Below, piece by piece: positions 28,071 through 40,285 of a stretch of 64,000 bases of DNA. The notes below the pieces were generated by a model, which had not been told where the DNA came from, did no database searches, and worked only from the letters and a program-made list of their open reading frames with translations. Made by a program: the position numbers and the translations under genes. Every line of letters starts with the position of its first letter. Positions within the stretch are counted from its first letter, which is position 1. This DNA is from the human T2T-CHM13v2.0 reference genome, Homo sapiens. The stretch is from assembly GCF_009914755.1 (NCBI RefSeq), contig NC_060946.1. One strand, given 5' to 3'.

Positions 28071-28574
28071 ATTCTTATAATGGGGTAGTTATGCCTGTCT
28101 CCTTGTGTTGCTGTAGGATTTCATGAGATAACATATAAGGAACCACCCAGAATGTTGTCTGGCACATAGTAACTGCTCAATAAATCACAACTGGATGCTA
28201 TTGAAGATAAAGTTACCTGAGTTCTCTGAGGCTTGCTCTCTTCAGCTGAAAATTCTCCCAAAATATATGAGATGAGACCCTACTGTATTATACAGGGTTC
28301 ATAAATAGCACTCCCCCTTTTCCCTTCCCACAGAGTGCAGTGAATAGAAGACACTTCTCTGCACCCCAAAAGCTCCATGCTGATTGCGAGAAGGAAATGC
28401 TGGATGGAGGGGTTCCTGGTACCACTGTGAGGGGTGAGATTTCCCCAGATGTCTAGAAATGAGGCAGGGGCCCGACATCTTCCACCCCCACTAAGGTTAC
28501 CTTGCAGTTCCTAGCTGGCTCTATACTTCCTAGAAACTGCCACTTTTCTGCCTCCATTACCTCATAGCCCAGTC

Positions 28575-29087
28575 AGCACTATCATCATCATCACCATGAT
28601 CACCACCACCATCCTTACAATCACCAACACTATCATCGTCGCCATCACCATTCTTACCCTCGCCATTCTCACCATCATCAACACCAGCATCTTCACCATA
28701 ACTATCACTATCGTTATCACCACCTTCACCATCACCATCCTCACCATAATAATTATTGTCACCCTCCTCATCCTCATAATCGTCATCATTATCATCATTA
28801 CCATCACTATCATCATCACTATCACCATTCTCACCATCATCATCCTCATCATCATCACCATTATCCTCACCATAAATATCACTATTATCATCACCACCTT
28901 CGCCATCACCATCCTTATCATCACCATCACAATCACCACCATCACCATTCTCACCATCACCATGTTCACCTTTACCACTCTCACCATCATCATCACCTTC
29001 ATCATCCTCAACATAACTATCACTTCATTATCACCTCCACCTTCACCATCACCATCCTCACCATCATCATCACCACCATCACAATGA
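28575..29087. repeat. Degenerate (CAT/CAC)n trinucleotide tract, copy 1
   Basis: ATC/ACC triplet low complexity with recurrent CATAACTATCAC sub-motif. Confidence 0.95.
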
Positions 29088-29094
29088 TCTTTGC

Positions 29095-29700
29095 TACATG
29101 GAACCATGAATTCTGGGTATGAGGGCTCTTGGGTCAGGGCATCGAACACATCTTGTAGGATAGAAACCCAGCCCCTCAGGGTCTCACAGTTGGTGAAGTA
29201 ACTGATTCTTGTGAGGTCATGTTCCTCTGAGTGATGTGGGATGTCACAAGACCAATAAATATGGGCTGAAGCCCATGGCATCACTTCTTTTTTTGTAAAA
29301 TAAGCTCCATCATCAGTAGCAATTGCATGATAGCAGAGAATAAGAACTCAGCAAATGTAAATAATTTGATGCTATGAGAAGCATACGAAGTGGAGTCCAT
29401 ATTCTGATATGCATCTATTCCAGTGAGGGCAATTCTTTACCACTTCCATGAAGGAAGGGAAAGAATATTATTACAACATTACCAGAAATCTGTCTGGTCT
29501 AGGCAAGGTAGTTCCTCTTTCCAGGGTCTCAGCATTGCTCATTGTTGGCAGTCAGGGCACTCATCTGGGCAGTAGGCAGCACTGCTGCAGGGAAGTTCAT
29601 GTTATTGGAAACATGTACCATCTTCACCTGCTACCATCGCCACATTGTCCATGAACCCACTGGGCAAACGATGAGGAATCTGGGAAAAGTTCTCATAACC
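29095..29700 (-). mobile_element. ERVL/MaLR internal fragment
   Basis: GGAACCATGAATTCT, GACCAATAAATATGGGC..CCCATGG, TCTATTCCAGTGAGG and CCATGAACCCACTGGGC resemble ERVL/MLT internal sequence in antisense. Confidence 0.45.
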
Positions 29701-29714
29701 AGAATATAATCATC

Positions 29715-30170
29715 CACATCAGGATATCAGCATTCACCCAACACTACGGTCCAATCAACAGATGCTATAATCTCATCCAAATTTTCTCAGGTGTGCCCTA
29801 AATACATTTTTTTGAACTTTGTAATCCAGGATCCAATCCAGGATTTCCCATTGCATTAACTGTCATGTCTCTTAAGCTCCTTCAACCTCAAAGAGTTCCT
29901 CTGTTTTGCCCTATTTTTCATAAACTTAAGAGTTTTAAAGAGCATAAGCATTTATGAAGGATGTGTTCACCTTTTTCCATCTGATGTGTTTCCAACATCC
30001 AGACTTAGGTCATGTATCTTTCAGAAGAAAACCGCAGAAATAATGCTGTGGTCTTCCTAGGACATCACAGCAGGAGGAACATGATCAAGTTTGAGCCAGA
30101 TTTCTCCACCACAAAGTTATCATTCTTCCAATTGTAATTGACAAGTATTTCATATGAAGATATTAAATAC
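29715..30170 (-). mobile_element. L1MC-type 3' fragment
   Basis: CCAGGATCCAATCCAGGAT..CATTGCATT.A.TGTCATGTCTCTT. Confidence 0.6.
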
Positions 30171-30189
30171 ACATACACATGAGTGTATA

Positions 30190-30395
30190 TTTATATGTAA
30201 AATACATACAAAATATTATTTCAATGTCTAACCAACATAAAAGTTATTAATTAGATATGTTTAATTTTATTTCCTACTAAGTTTTCAAAATCTGGTGTGT
30301 GTTTTACCCTGACAGCACATCTTGGTCCAGCCTAGCCACATTTCAAATGCTTAATATTCACATGGCTGTGGCTACCATATTTGTCAGGGCAGCAC
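30190..30395. mobile_element. MER33/MER3-like hAT-Charlie remnant
   Basis: AAATATTATTTCAA..AAAATCTGGTGTGT..ACAGCACATCT..CTAGCCACATTTCAA.TGCT..GTGGCTACCATATT. Confidence 0.7.
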
Positions 30396-31639
30396 TAAAG
30401 CATTAAGGAACTTCTTCCTTGGAGAAGTTCTAAGCTTTCAAAATGTTTGGCAAATACATTTTATAAAATTCTTCAGAATCCATAAATAGGCAGTTACACA
30501 TTTAGAAAGCCATAGAATCCAACATGACATTAAAAATGAATCCCTCAAAAAAAAGAAGGTAGGCAAAATGTTCTTCAGACCAAATGGACAAATCAATTAT
30601 GATTACCTAACATGCCCATTATTATTTATTAACATCCTTCATTAATACCCCCAAACCCCATCAACAGGTAAATGAATAAATGCATTGAGGCCTATCTGAA
30701 CAATGTCCCAATTCCTTACCATTCTTACTTCTTTTGCAAGCAGAAAGACTCAGTATTACCAAAGACTATTCAGATAGTTTGTTCTTATGCCAGTAGTTGT
30801 AATTTCCTGGAGGTCTATATGATATCAATTATGTACTTCAATACTTCTCACAAGTACTTTTCCTGTTTGGCCATTTTCTGCAGTATATCCATGCTCCCAT
30901 TTTCTATATTCTTTTATTTCTATCCTAGACTTTTCTTTCATCCTATAATTCTTTATCCTAAAAATATTAATTTAAGGATAACATCACAAAATAGTGTATT
31001 TCTTCAGATGATACTCCAAATTGATGCTTAATATACGGAAATGACTATCATGGACATAACCCACAACATGTGAAATGTATGGCTGATTCTACTGACATTA
31101 TAAAGGAAAGTTAATGACAACTGAGTTTCTAGTCATTTTCCACCCAACCAGTTGCTTATAAAATGGCAAGGAGTTGTAGATATGTACACAGTGGCTATTT
31201 TTTGGTGGGGTGTTCAGCAATTGTCCTCTTGAGAGCCCCCCTTTTCTTTGAGGGCCATTTGAATGAGCACCAACTGGGCCTGACCCAACCTACCAGCCCC
31301 AGCCCTAGAGGTGATCATGATGTCCAGCTCTGGCAAAATACTCTACCCTTGGATCATAGCAACTGTTTCAGTACTTTTTTTTTGGAATCATCAGGAAGGA
31401 CTCTTGCTTTTTCTACCACTGTGGTCTGTGAGGACAAAGTAAAGTGGGTTATCTGTAGCACTATCTCTTGCTACAGACAGAGAAGAGAGTCATCTTCAGA
31501 AGGAAAAAATGAGGCTAAAACAAAAGGAGAAGTGTCAAGAGAAAGAAGGAGAAAAATTTCTTGATGATTTTATGTAAGCCTCTGGGTCCAGCTATGCATG
31601 ACAGAGACTTGGGTTAAAGCTCTGTCACTTATAGGATCA

Positions 31640-32690
31640 TTGACTTAAATATAAAATAAAGTATTAAAAGCTATGAACTTTTAGATGAAAATACAGAAAA
31701 AAAATCTTTGTATTATTCAATTAATAAAAAATGTCTTAGATGAAGCCCCAAAAACCAAATGCACAAGAACAATTAATAAATTGGACCCCATGGAAATTAA
31801 GAGCATCTGCTATTTGAAAGATAGTGTTATGAGAGCAAAAAAGAAAACTCAAGGGGAAAATACTGGCAAGTCTCATATCTAATAAGGGATTTGAATCCAG
31901 AGTATATAAAGAAACTATTAAATTTAATAATGAGAAAATAAGCAAAGAAAAAAACAAAAAAGGAAGAAGCAAAAAAAATGTGAACATACACTCTACCAAA
32001 TATATACAGATGGCATGTAAGTACATAGATACTACATATTATTAGGCATTATGGAACCACAATAAAATACTATTGTACACACATGAAAATGTCTAAAATT
32101 TTAAAAGAAGGCCCATACAAACTGTTGGCAAAAGTGTGGAATTCTTATATACTGCTGATAAAAATATAAAATGGTACAACCATTTTGGCAAACATTTTGA
32201 CAGTCTCTTAAAACTAAACCTAAACCTATTAGCTATTACACTCCTAATATTTACTCAAAGTTAGAAGAACTTATGTACATGAATGTTCATTGCAAATGTA
32301 TTTGTATAATTCCAAAACCGGAAGCAATGCAAAAACCTATCAACAGGCAAATGGATATATAAATTGTGACCGATCTGCACAATAGAATACTACTCAGTAA
32401 TAAAATTAATGACTTATTGATGCCTGCAATATAGCTGAATCTCAAAATAATTATGCTGTGTGAAAGATGCCAGACCCCTCCAAAAAAGGGTCCATACTAC
32501 ACTTCATTTATATAAATGTCTAGACAAGGCAAACTATTTTATAGTGACAGATTGGTGATTTCCAGGGAGAGTGGTAAGGTAGGAAGATACAGAAAGTTTG
32601 GGATTATAAAAGGGCAAGGGGAAACTTTTATGAGTGCTGGATATGTTCATTATCTTTATTTTGGTGATGGATTTGCAAGTACATATAAAA
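31640..32690 (+). mobile_element. Old L1 (L1MC/ME) ORF2 end and 3' UTR
   Basis: CATATCTAATAAGGGA..TCCAGAGTATATAAAGAA, AAATGGTACAACCA.TTTGG, GAATCTCAAAATAATTATGCTG. Confidence 0.8.
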
Positions 32691-33018
32691 AATAACACAC
32701 AATGGAAGTAGAAACAGTATTTTTGTTTCTTTCTTTAAAAAGCACAATTTACTTACTATTGGGATGTGTGTGCCTGTTGGGCACACAGCACAACTTTTCA
32801 AATCTTAAAATCGGACTGGATCTCAACCACTGGACCTTATTCCTATTCCACACTGACTTTAGCACAATACCTCCTTTCATCGCGGTAATTAACAACACCC
32901 ACCCTAAAGGTAAAGAAATGCACTTCTCACTAACTACTTTTGAAACTATGAACTGCCTCAGGCTAGTAGTTCTTAAGGTCTCCAGCAAATGTTGCTTTGT
33001 TTTCCTCAAAAATATACA

Positions 33019-33184
33019 GCCTGGGCAACATGGCAAAACCACGTCTCTACTAAAATTACAAAACTTAGCCAGGCATGGTGGTGCATGCCTGTTGTCCCAG
33101 CTACTCAGGGAGGCAGAGGCTGCAGTGAGCCTAGACCTCACCACTCCACTCCAGCCTGGGGGACAGAGTGACACCCCCATCTCA
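33019..33184 (+). mobile_element. Partial Alu (AluJ-like)
   Basis: GCCTGGGCAACATGGCAAAACC..CCCAGCTACTCAGG..CACTCCAGCCTGGG. Confidence 0.85.
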
Positions 33185-33399
33185 GGTACACTCACACACA
33201 TACACATACTCACACGCTATCCGCTGGTGCCCCTGTCAGTTAAACACAGCATCTCAGGGCACCTTAGCACACAGTGTGAGAACCGTGGTTCTAAACACTT
33301 CAATTAGAAGTGAAACATCTCTGGCTGGATTTTTAGAATATTTACTTTTTAATGTTTTATATTATATTTATTTTGTATGTTTTAATTAATTTATCTGAA

Positions 33400-33860
33400 T
33401 ACAAGAATCCAGACATTTGGAAGTAAAACAATGGAAAACATGCCTACAAACACTAATCAGCACAAAGCTCATGTTGCTATGTTATTATTGACAGTTTAGA
33501 CTTAAGCAAAGAAATATTGCTAAGATAAAAAAGATTTTACGATGTCAGTCACTAGAAAAGTATGCCAATTTTAAATATGTATAAATATAAAATATCCCTT
33601 CAAATTATTTACTAAAGAAACTGATATAACTAAAAGAAAAATGGACTAATCTACAATATAGATTTTAACATACCTTTCAATTACTGATGGAACCAACAGA
33701 AAACAATCCATAAGAGAAAGGGAGATTTGATGAACACAATGAACAAACTTGACATAAACTGACATATACAGAACGCGACACTCAACAACTATTGAATACA
33801 CATCCTTTTCCAGTGCATGTATCATATTTACCAACATAGATTATATGTTGGAATTTAAAG
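33400..33860 (+). mobile_element. Old L1 ORF2 (endonuclease region) remnant
   Basis: CTGACATATACAGAAC..CACTCAACAAC..GAATACACAT.CTTTTC.AGTGCA..CATATTTACCAA.ATAGA. Confidence 0.65.
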
Positions 33861-35339
33861 GGACTCATCACAGAGTATTCAGTCGTGGGATTTTGCCTAA
33901 ATTTGTCTGGCCTTCAACAGGGTTCAAATACAGTTAAATTCTTATTTCATCTAAAGAGTCCTATCCTTTTTTTTTTTTTTTGGAAATTTTACTGCAACAA
34001 TCTAAATTTGCATAACAACTGAACCCAGCCCTTGGAACTTGAAGTTTATTCTAGCCAAAGGCAGATTAAACTGTCTAAGTAGTAATGTCCTTCAAATTGT
34101 TGTCCCCTGTTCCAGTAACAGAGTATAGCTCCAAGAAGCTAACAGACTGTTTGTCCTTCATAGTATACATTCTATGTTACATCAAAACACGGTATAAAGC
34201 CTTGAAATCAGCAGCAGAGAGAAAATGAGATCAACAACCATCTAGCTGTGACTTCACAACTTAGTAATTATGCTTTTAGCTGACTCCTTTACTTGATTCC
34301 TAACTGCTTATTTCTGGCAAGGTAGCACTAATCCCTGACTAAGTTGACCTTTTAAGAAGTGAGTGGAACGAAAAGGCTCTACCACCAGTGATCAGTTTAA
34401 CAAGCTGCAACACTAGTCACTGGCTGCAACTCTAGTCACTGGCTGCAACTCTTATTGTGGGTTTTAAGAGCTCAGAATTAACATGGAAATACTGTTGACT
34501 CCAAAAGAAACCCAGAAATCTCTGGGAATCCAGCAAAGATAGAAAGGGTCTTCTCAATAGTCACCACTCATACTTTGCTTTGTCTTGGTAACTATTTTTA
34601 TTACATACGGAGAATATCAAAAAAGTATGCCTTTTCCTCATTGTTAATGCTAAACTTAAAATGGTAAGGCTCTTGCAGGTTGAAACCCCCAGGCTCTCAC
34701 TGGCTCTTCAACAGAAGGCAGTGAATTCACCTGCAAGAGTGATCACCCAAAAAGCTTCCAGGCTGGACAAGTTGGGACTCAGTTCTTGCAGTTCCCAAAT
34801 TCACAGTTCTCTTGGGACACGGTTATTTTTGGAGCTCCTGAAGATGAGAAATTCCACCCACGAAATTCTGTTTATGAAAATTATTCACATCTAATTATCT
34901 CAGGAGACATTAACACAGCAATGTTGAAAATTTTCCATTAATTGTTAATCCACAGAGAAAAACTGAACAATTATTTTTTAAAATATGAAAAGCTTCATAT
35001 AATACAAATTATACTCCCACATGTGATTCAATTTCTACTCATTAATGTCAGAGAAGTTAATAATTATGAATTGCCAGTGGTTAAAAAAAATAAATCATTC
35101 ATCATTGGAGAAGTACAGAAGGTTTAAAAGAGATAAGAATTAGCTTTTGGCTTTGAGGCGTTTTACGCTTTCCAAAAGGTTTTGCTCTTTTTTTTGCTCA
35201 TGGCTTTCTCTCTCTCTCTCTCTCTTTCTGATTTCAGTTTCTTTTGATTTCTCCTGCTTAGAAATGGTGAGAGAACTTTGGATGTGGAACGTGGAGTAGG
35301 AGTAACACGAAGTGAGGGTCTGCACTTGGGGTGGTCAGC

Positions 35340-36250
35340 ACTGCGGATGCCCAGCAAAGGCACTGCCTGGTCCACATCCCGGGGGTGTCTCTGTGCCCCA
35401 GTCGGCATCGCAGCTGATGGTGAAACTTTTGGTGTGGCACAAGAGTGTCCACAAACTTTGGAAGGTATCTGCTGCATCCTCCATGGCCGTGTATGCCTGC
35501 CGAGGGCGATCTTCTCGGGGAGCGGAAAGTCCTGTTCATGGGGCAGGGCTGGCTGGCTGGAGCCACTTGCGGGGCACAGCCCTGGCGGAGGTTCAGGCGG
35601 CCCCGGTTTCGCAAGCGGCTGTGAATAATGCCTCCTTGGGGCCGGAGTGGTACCAGGAAGGCTGCAGACCAGGGCTGACCAGCAGGCAGCATGGTGGCCG
35701 CGATGGAAGGTGACGGGGTTCGCAGCGCCAGGGGGCCCAGCAGACCCCAAGCCCCGGCATCCCGCATCGCCAGCAGCACCGCGGGGAGGCCTGGCGCTGG
35801 TGTCGCGGCGGCCACTGCATGAGGCCCACGACCCAGTCCCAGAGGCCAGCCCATCGTCAGCTAACATCAGGAACTCCGGGCCAGCTGAGGCCCGGGCCCC
35901 AGGGGCAAGACAAAGGGCAGAGGGTCCGCAGGCAGGGCCAAGAGCCGGCAGCGCAGGCCTGGCTCCACCGCCACGGAGCTCGCAGGGCGCAGCAGGCACC
36001 GGGCAGCGACCAGGGCTTCCAGAGGAGGCTGCGCACCCCCGCAAAGGCTTCTGCCGGGCGTCCAGCTTATCCGCGGGGACTCCACGTGCACCCCCTCCTC
36101 ATTGTCCTTGTCTAGGGCCACGGCAAGGTCCTACCTCCCATGGCGTGACTCCGGGGGTGTAGGAGCCTGGGCTGAGCAGGTGGAGTAGGGTGAGCACCGC
36201 CAAGAACTCAGCGAGAGTGGCGCCCCAGGGCGGCACAGGAGGCCGCATTT
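35340..36250. promoter_or_regulatory. CpG island / GC-rich non-repetitive segment (candidate promoter or first exon of a non-coding transcript)
   Basis: Abrupt rise in GC and CpG density in AT-rich surroundings. Overlapping Pro/Ala/Gly-rich ORFs with no recognisable domain. Confidence 0.65.
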
Positions 36251-37089
36251 AACGTGTCATTCATCTCAAAGATTTTATGACATCTTCTTTTTTTGACATC
36301 TTATAATATCTATAACGTTTATTATATCTTGTGATATAATTATTAACAGCACTTCATTGTGATTATGATTATTTTTATACCAACACATCTTCAATTATTA
36401 ATATTCGCAGTTGCTGAAGAAAAATGAAAACGACTAGTTTTGAAAGCCTTACTTCTGCCAATGGAAGCACATTCCAGCATGTCGCCAACGCAATCCACTT
36501 TCCACCACTTTCACAAGAAACGTTACTGCACAATTTTACTATCCTACCCTTATATACTTTGTGTGTGTGTACTTGTGTGTATGTATACATGTTATATATG
36601 TAATAAATATATATATAATATATATAATAAATATATATGTAATAAATAAATATATAAAGTATGCCACAGATGAACAAGTATTAGAAAATTAAATGCACAT
36701 AGGTCATGTCAGTGCTATGTATAATGTGGTGTACTAAGTATAGATGTTCAACAGTGTGGGATCTAGGCTGGAACAACACTCCTAATCTTAAGCAATTCTT
36801 TCTAGGTTCAGTCTCTGGAAATAATGCTTTGTATCAAATGTGCAAGAAAATTAATGGGTTTTAAAGACTATTCTATGTCAACTATAACATTTCATTTGGG
36901 AATTTCTGTCCCTTATAATATCTACCTCAGTTTGGATGGATTCCTTGAGGCCTGGTTTATTTTTCTTTTCCTATCTACATATCACTGCTCAGAGTGATGA
37001 ATGGAGTTGTATTTTGAATAAAATATCTAAGCATCCTTTTGTGAGCAAGGAGCATGATGGTATTTAGGCCTACCATTTCTTGTTACGGT

Positions 37090-40000
37090 GGTTACGGTTA
37101 TGGTGGGGCTGGGGTATTTACCTGGAGCCTGGATGTCCACTGGGACATGATACCCACTGGGATTTTTTTGTGTCAACCTTTTCTCTGATGTCCTCCTGGG
37201 GACTGGGTATCCACCTAAGGCCTGATGTTTACCTGGAGCCAGATGTGCACCTGAGGCCTGATGTCTATCTGTGGCCTTATGTTCACCTGGTGACTGATGC
37301 ACATCTGAAGCATAGTTATTCACCTGGGGCCTGATATCCACCTGTAGTATGGGTGTCAACCTTAGGGCTGACGTTCAGCTGGCATCCACTGTCTACTTCG
37401 GGCCTGGTGTACACATGGGGCCTGGGCATCCACCGGACACTTGATGTTTAATATGGTCTGGAGTTCTCTTGGGGCCTGTTGTACCCTGGAGCCTGGGTGT
37501 ACACCTGGAGCCTGATGTCCCAGGTGGACACCTGGGTCCCAGGTGATCTTCAGGCCATAGGTGAAAACTCCAGGCTCTAAGTGGACAACAAGGCCCCACG
37601 CTGATGTTTACTGGGGCCAGATGTCTACCAGGCCCCAGCTGAAAACTCCAGGCTCCAAGTGGACAACATGGCCCCAGGTTCCAGGTAGACACTGGAATCC
37701 AAATCAACACCAGGCCCCAGATGGACACCCAGGCCTGTGGTGGACATCAGACTCCAGAAGGTCATCTGGCTCTAGGTGAATATCAAGCCCCAGGTGGATA
37801 CCTAGTCCCCAGGTGGATATCAGGCCCCACTTTGACACCTGTCCCTGCGTAGATACCTTGGCCTCAGGTGGATATCCATTCTCTAGCTAAGCATCAGGCT
37901 CCAGGTGGACCCAGGCCCTAGCTGACTGGGGACTGGTGTTCATATGGGGCCACATGTCCATCTGGGCCCTGGGTGTCAACTTGTAGCCTGATGTCAACCT
38001 GGGAGCTGGTGTTCACCAGAGGACTAAAGTCCTCCTGGTGGCTGATGTCCAACTTGGGACTTTGTGTCCACCTGGAGACTGATGTCCACTTGGGACCAGA
38101 TGTCCAACTGGAGCAAGATGTCCACCTGTAGCCTAGAACTTCACCTAAGGCCTGATGTTCCCCAGGGCCTACAGGGCCTGTGTATCTACCTAGGGACTTG
38201 TGTCCAGGTGGGACCTGAGTTCCATCTGGGGCCTGGAATTAACATGGGACCTGATGTCCACCTGAGGCCTGGGTGTTCCCCTGGAGTCTGATATCTATCT
38301 GGGGCCTGGGTGTCCTCCTGTGGTCTGATGTCCACTTGAAGTCTGGTGTCCACCTGGGGCCTGGGTGTCCACCTAGGAACCTGATGTATACCTGAAGTCT
38401 AGTATCTACCTGGGTACTGATGTCTACCAGGAAAGTGATATAAACCTGGGGACTGAAAGCCACCTGGGCTCCGAGTGTCCACATATGTTCTGATTTCCGC
38501 TTTTGGCCTGAGTGTAGGTCCTGAGTGCCACCTGGGTCCTGATGTTCACCAGGAACCTAGGTATTCACTTGGGGCTTGCTGTCCACCTGGGGCCTAATGT
38601 CCACGTGGGACCTGGTATTCACCTAGAGCCTGGGCAGCCACCTGTGGCCTGATGTTCAGCTGGTGACTAGGAATTCCACTAAGGCTTGATGTCCACCTGG
38701 GGCATAGGTAACCACTTGTGGCCTAGTGTTGCCCTGAAGCCTAGGTGTCAACCCAGGGCATAATGTCTTCTTGGGGCCTGCCGTCCACCTGCAGAATGGT
38801 GTCTGCATAGAGCCTGGTATCCACCTGGGATCTGGTGTCTGCCTGGGGCCTAATGTCCACCTGAAGACTGAGTATAGACCTCAGACCTGATGTATGCCTG
38901 GGGCCTGTTTATCCACCTGGGGATGAGCATTCATCTGGGGCCTCATGTCCACTTAAGCCCTAGGTGTCAACCTGGTGCCTAATGGCCACCAGGGATCTAT
39001 GTACTCACTTGGGGCCTGGTGCTCCCATAGGGCCTAGGTATACACCTGGGGAATGATGTGCAGGTGGAGGTGGATGTCTTCCTGGATGCTGGTGTTCACC
39101 TGGGGACAAGGGTCTCCCTGGGGACCGGTGTTTATCGGGAGCCTCATATGCACCTTGAACCTGCTGTCTACCTAGGGCCTGATGTCCATGTTAAGGCTGG
39201 GTGTCCACCTGGGACCTGGTTGTCCACTTGGGGCCTAATGTCCACCTAAGACCTAGTGTTCACCTAGGGCCTGGGTGTCCACCTGGAGCCTGATGTTCAG
39301 CTGGAGATGCATCCACCCAAGACCTAGGTATCCACCCAGGGTCTGGTGTCGAACTGGGGTCTTGTGTCCACCTGGGGACTAGATATCTACCCGAGGCTTG
39401 ATGTCCACCTGGAGCCCGATATCCACCTCAGAGCTGGGTGTCCACCCAGGTTCTGGTATCCACCCAGAGCCTGGTGTTCATCTGGGGCCCAGTGCCCACC
39501 TGGAACCTGGGTATCACCATGGGGCCTGGGTGTCCACTTGGAACGTGATGTGCACCTGGGACCTGAGTTTCCACCTAGGGCCTGATGACCACCTGAGACC
39601 CAGGTGTCCACCTGGGGTCTGATGTCTACCTGAAGCCTAGGTAACCACCTAGGGCATGATGTTACCTGTGCCTTGATTTCCACCTCAGCCTGCTGTACAC
39701 CTGGGGCCTGGGTGTCCATCTGAGGCCTGACGTACACCTCAAGTCCAGTGTCCACTTGTGGCCTGATGTCAACTTGGAAGCTGATATCCACCTGGGGACT
39801 GATGTTCTCCTGGGGCCTGATATCCAACTGGGATCAGATGTTCACCTAAGGCCTGGAGTTAATCTGGGGCCTGATGGTCACCAGGGTCCCAGGTGTCCAC
39901 CTAGGACCTGATGTCCACCTGGAGTCTAGTATCCGCCTTGGCCCTGATGCTACTTGAGGCCTGGGTGTCTTCCTAGAACCTGAGTCCCCAACTGGGCCCT

Positions 40001-40285
40001 AATGTCCACCTGAGACCTGGTGTCCTTGTAGGGCGTGATATCTACCTAAGGCCTGGGTATCCTCCTGCAGCCTGATGCTCACCTGTAGGCTGGTGTCCAT
40101 ATGGGGCCTAGGTGTCCACCTGTGATCCTGATGTACACCTGGAGTCCAGTGTCCCCTTGGTTACTAATATGTACCAGGAAAATGGTATATACCTGGGGCC
40201 TGATATACCCCTGGAGCCTGTATGTCCACCTGAGCCCTGATGTCCACCTGGGGCCTGGTGTTTACCTGGGGCCTATATCCACCCA
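37090..40285. repeat. Degenerate 18/19-bp minisatellite (GGGGCCTGATGTCCACCT / GGGGCCTGGGTGTCCACCT), ~3.2 kb, with an inverted block at ~37520-37925
   Basis: The unit is visible throughout. The inverted block reads AGGTGGA(C/T)A(T/C)CAGGCCCC. Confidence 0.92.

Noticed and set aside
28562-29284. 240-aa Met/Val-rich and 163-aa Ile/Thr-rich ORFs
   Set aside because: Translations of the (CAT)n tract.
34415-34452. Small tandem duplications (19 bp here; others near 10020, 19330 and 42270)
   Set aside because: Ordinary slippage events with no further structure.
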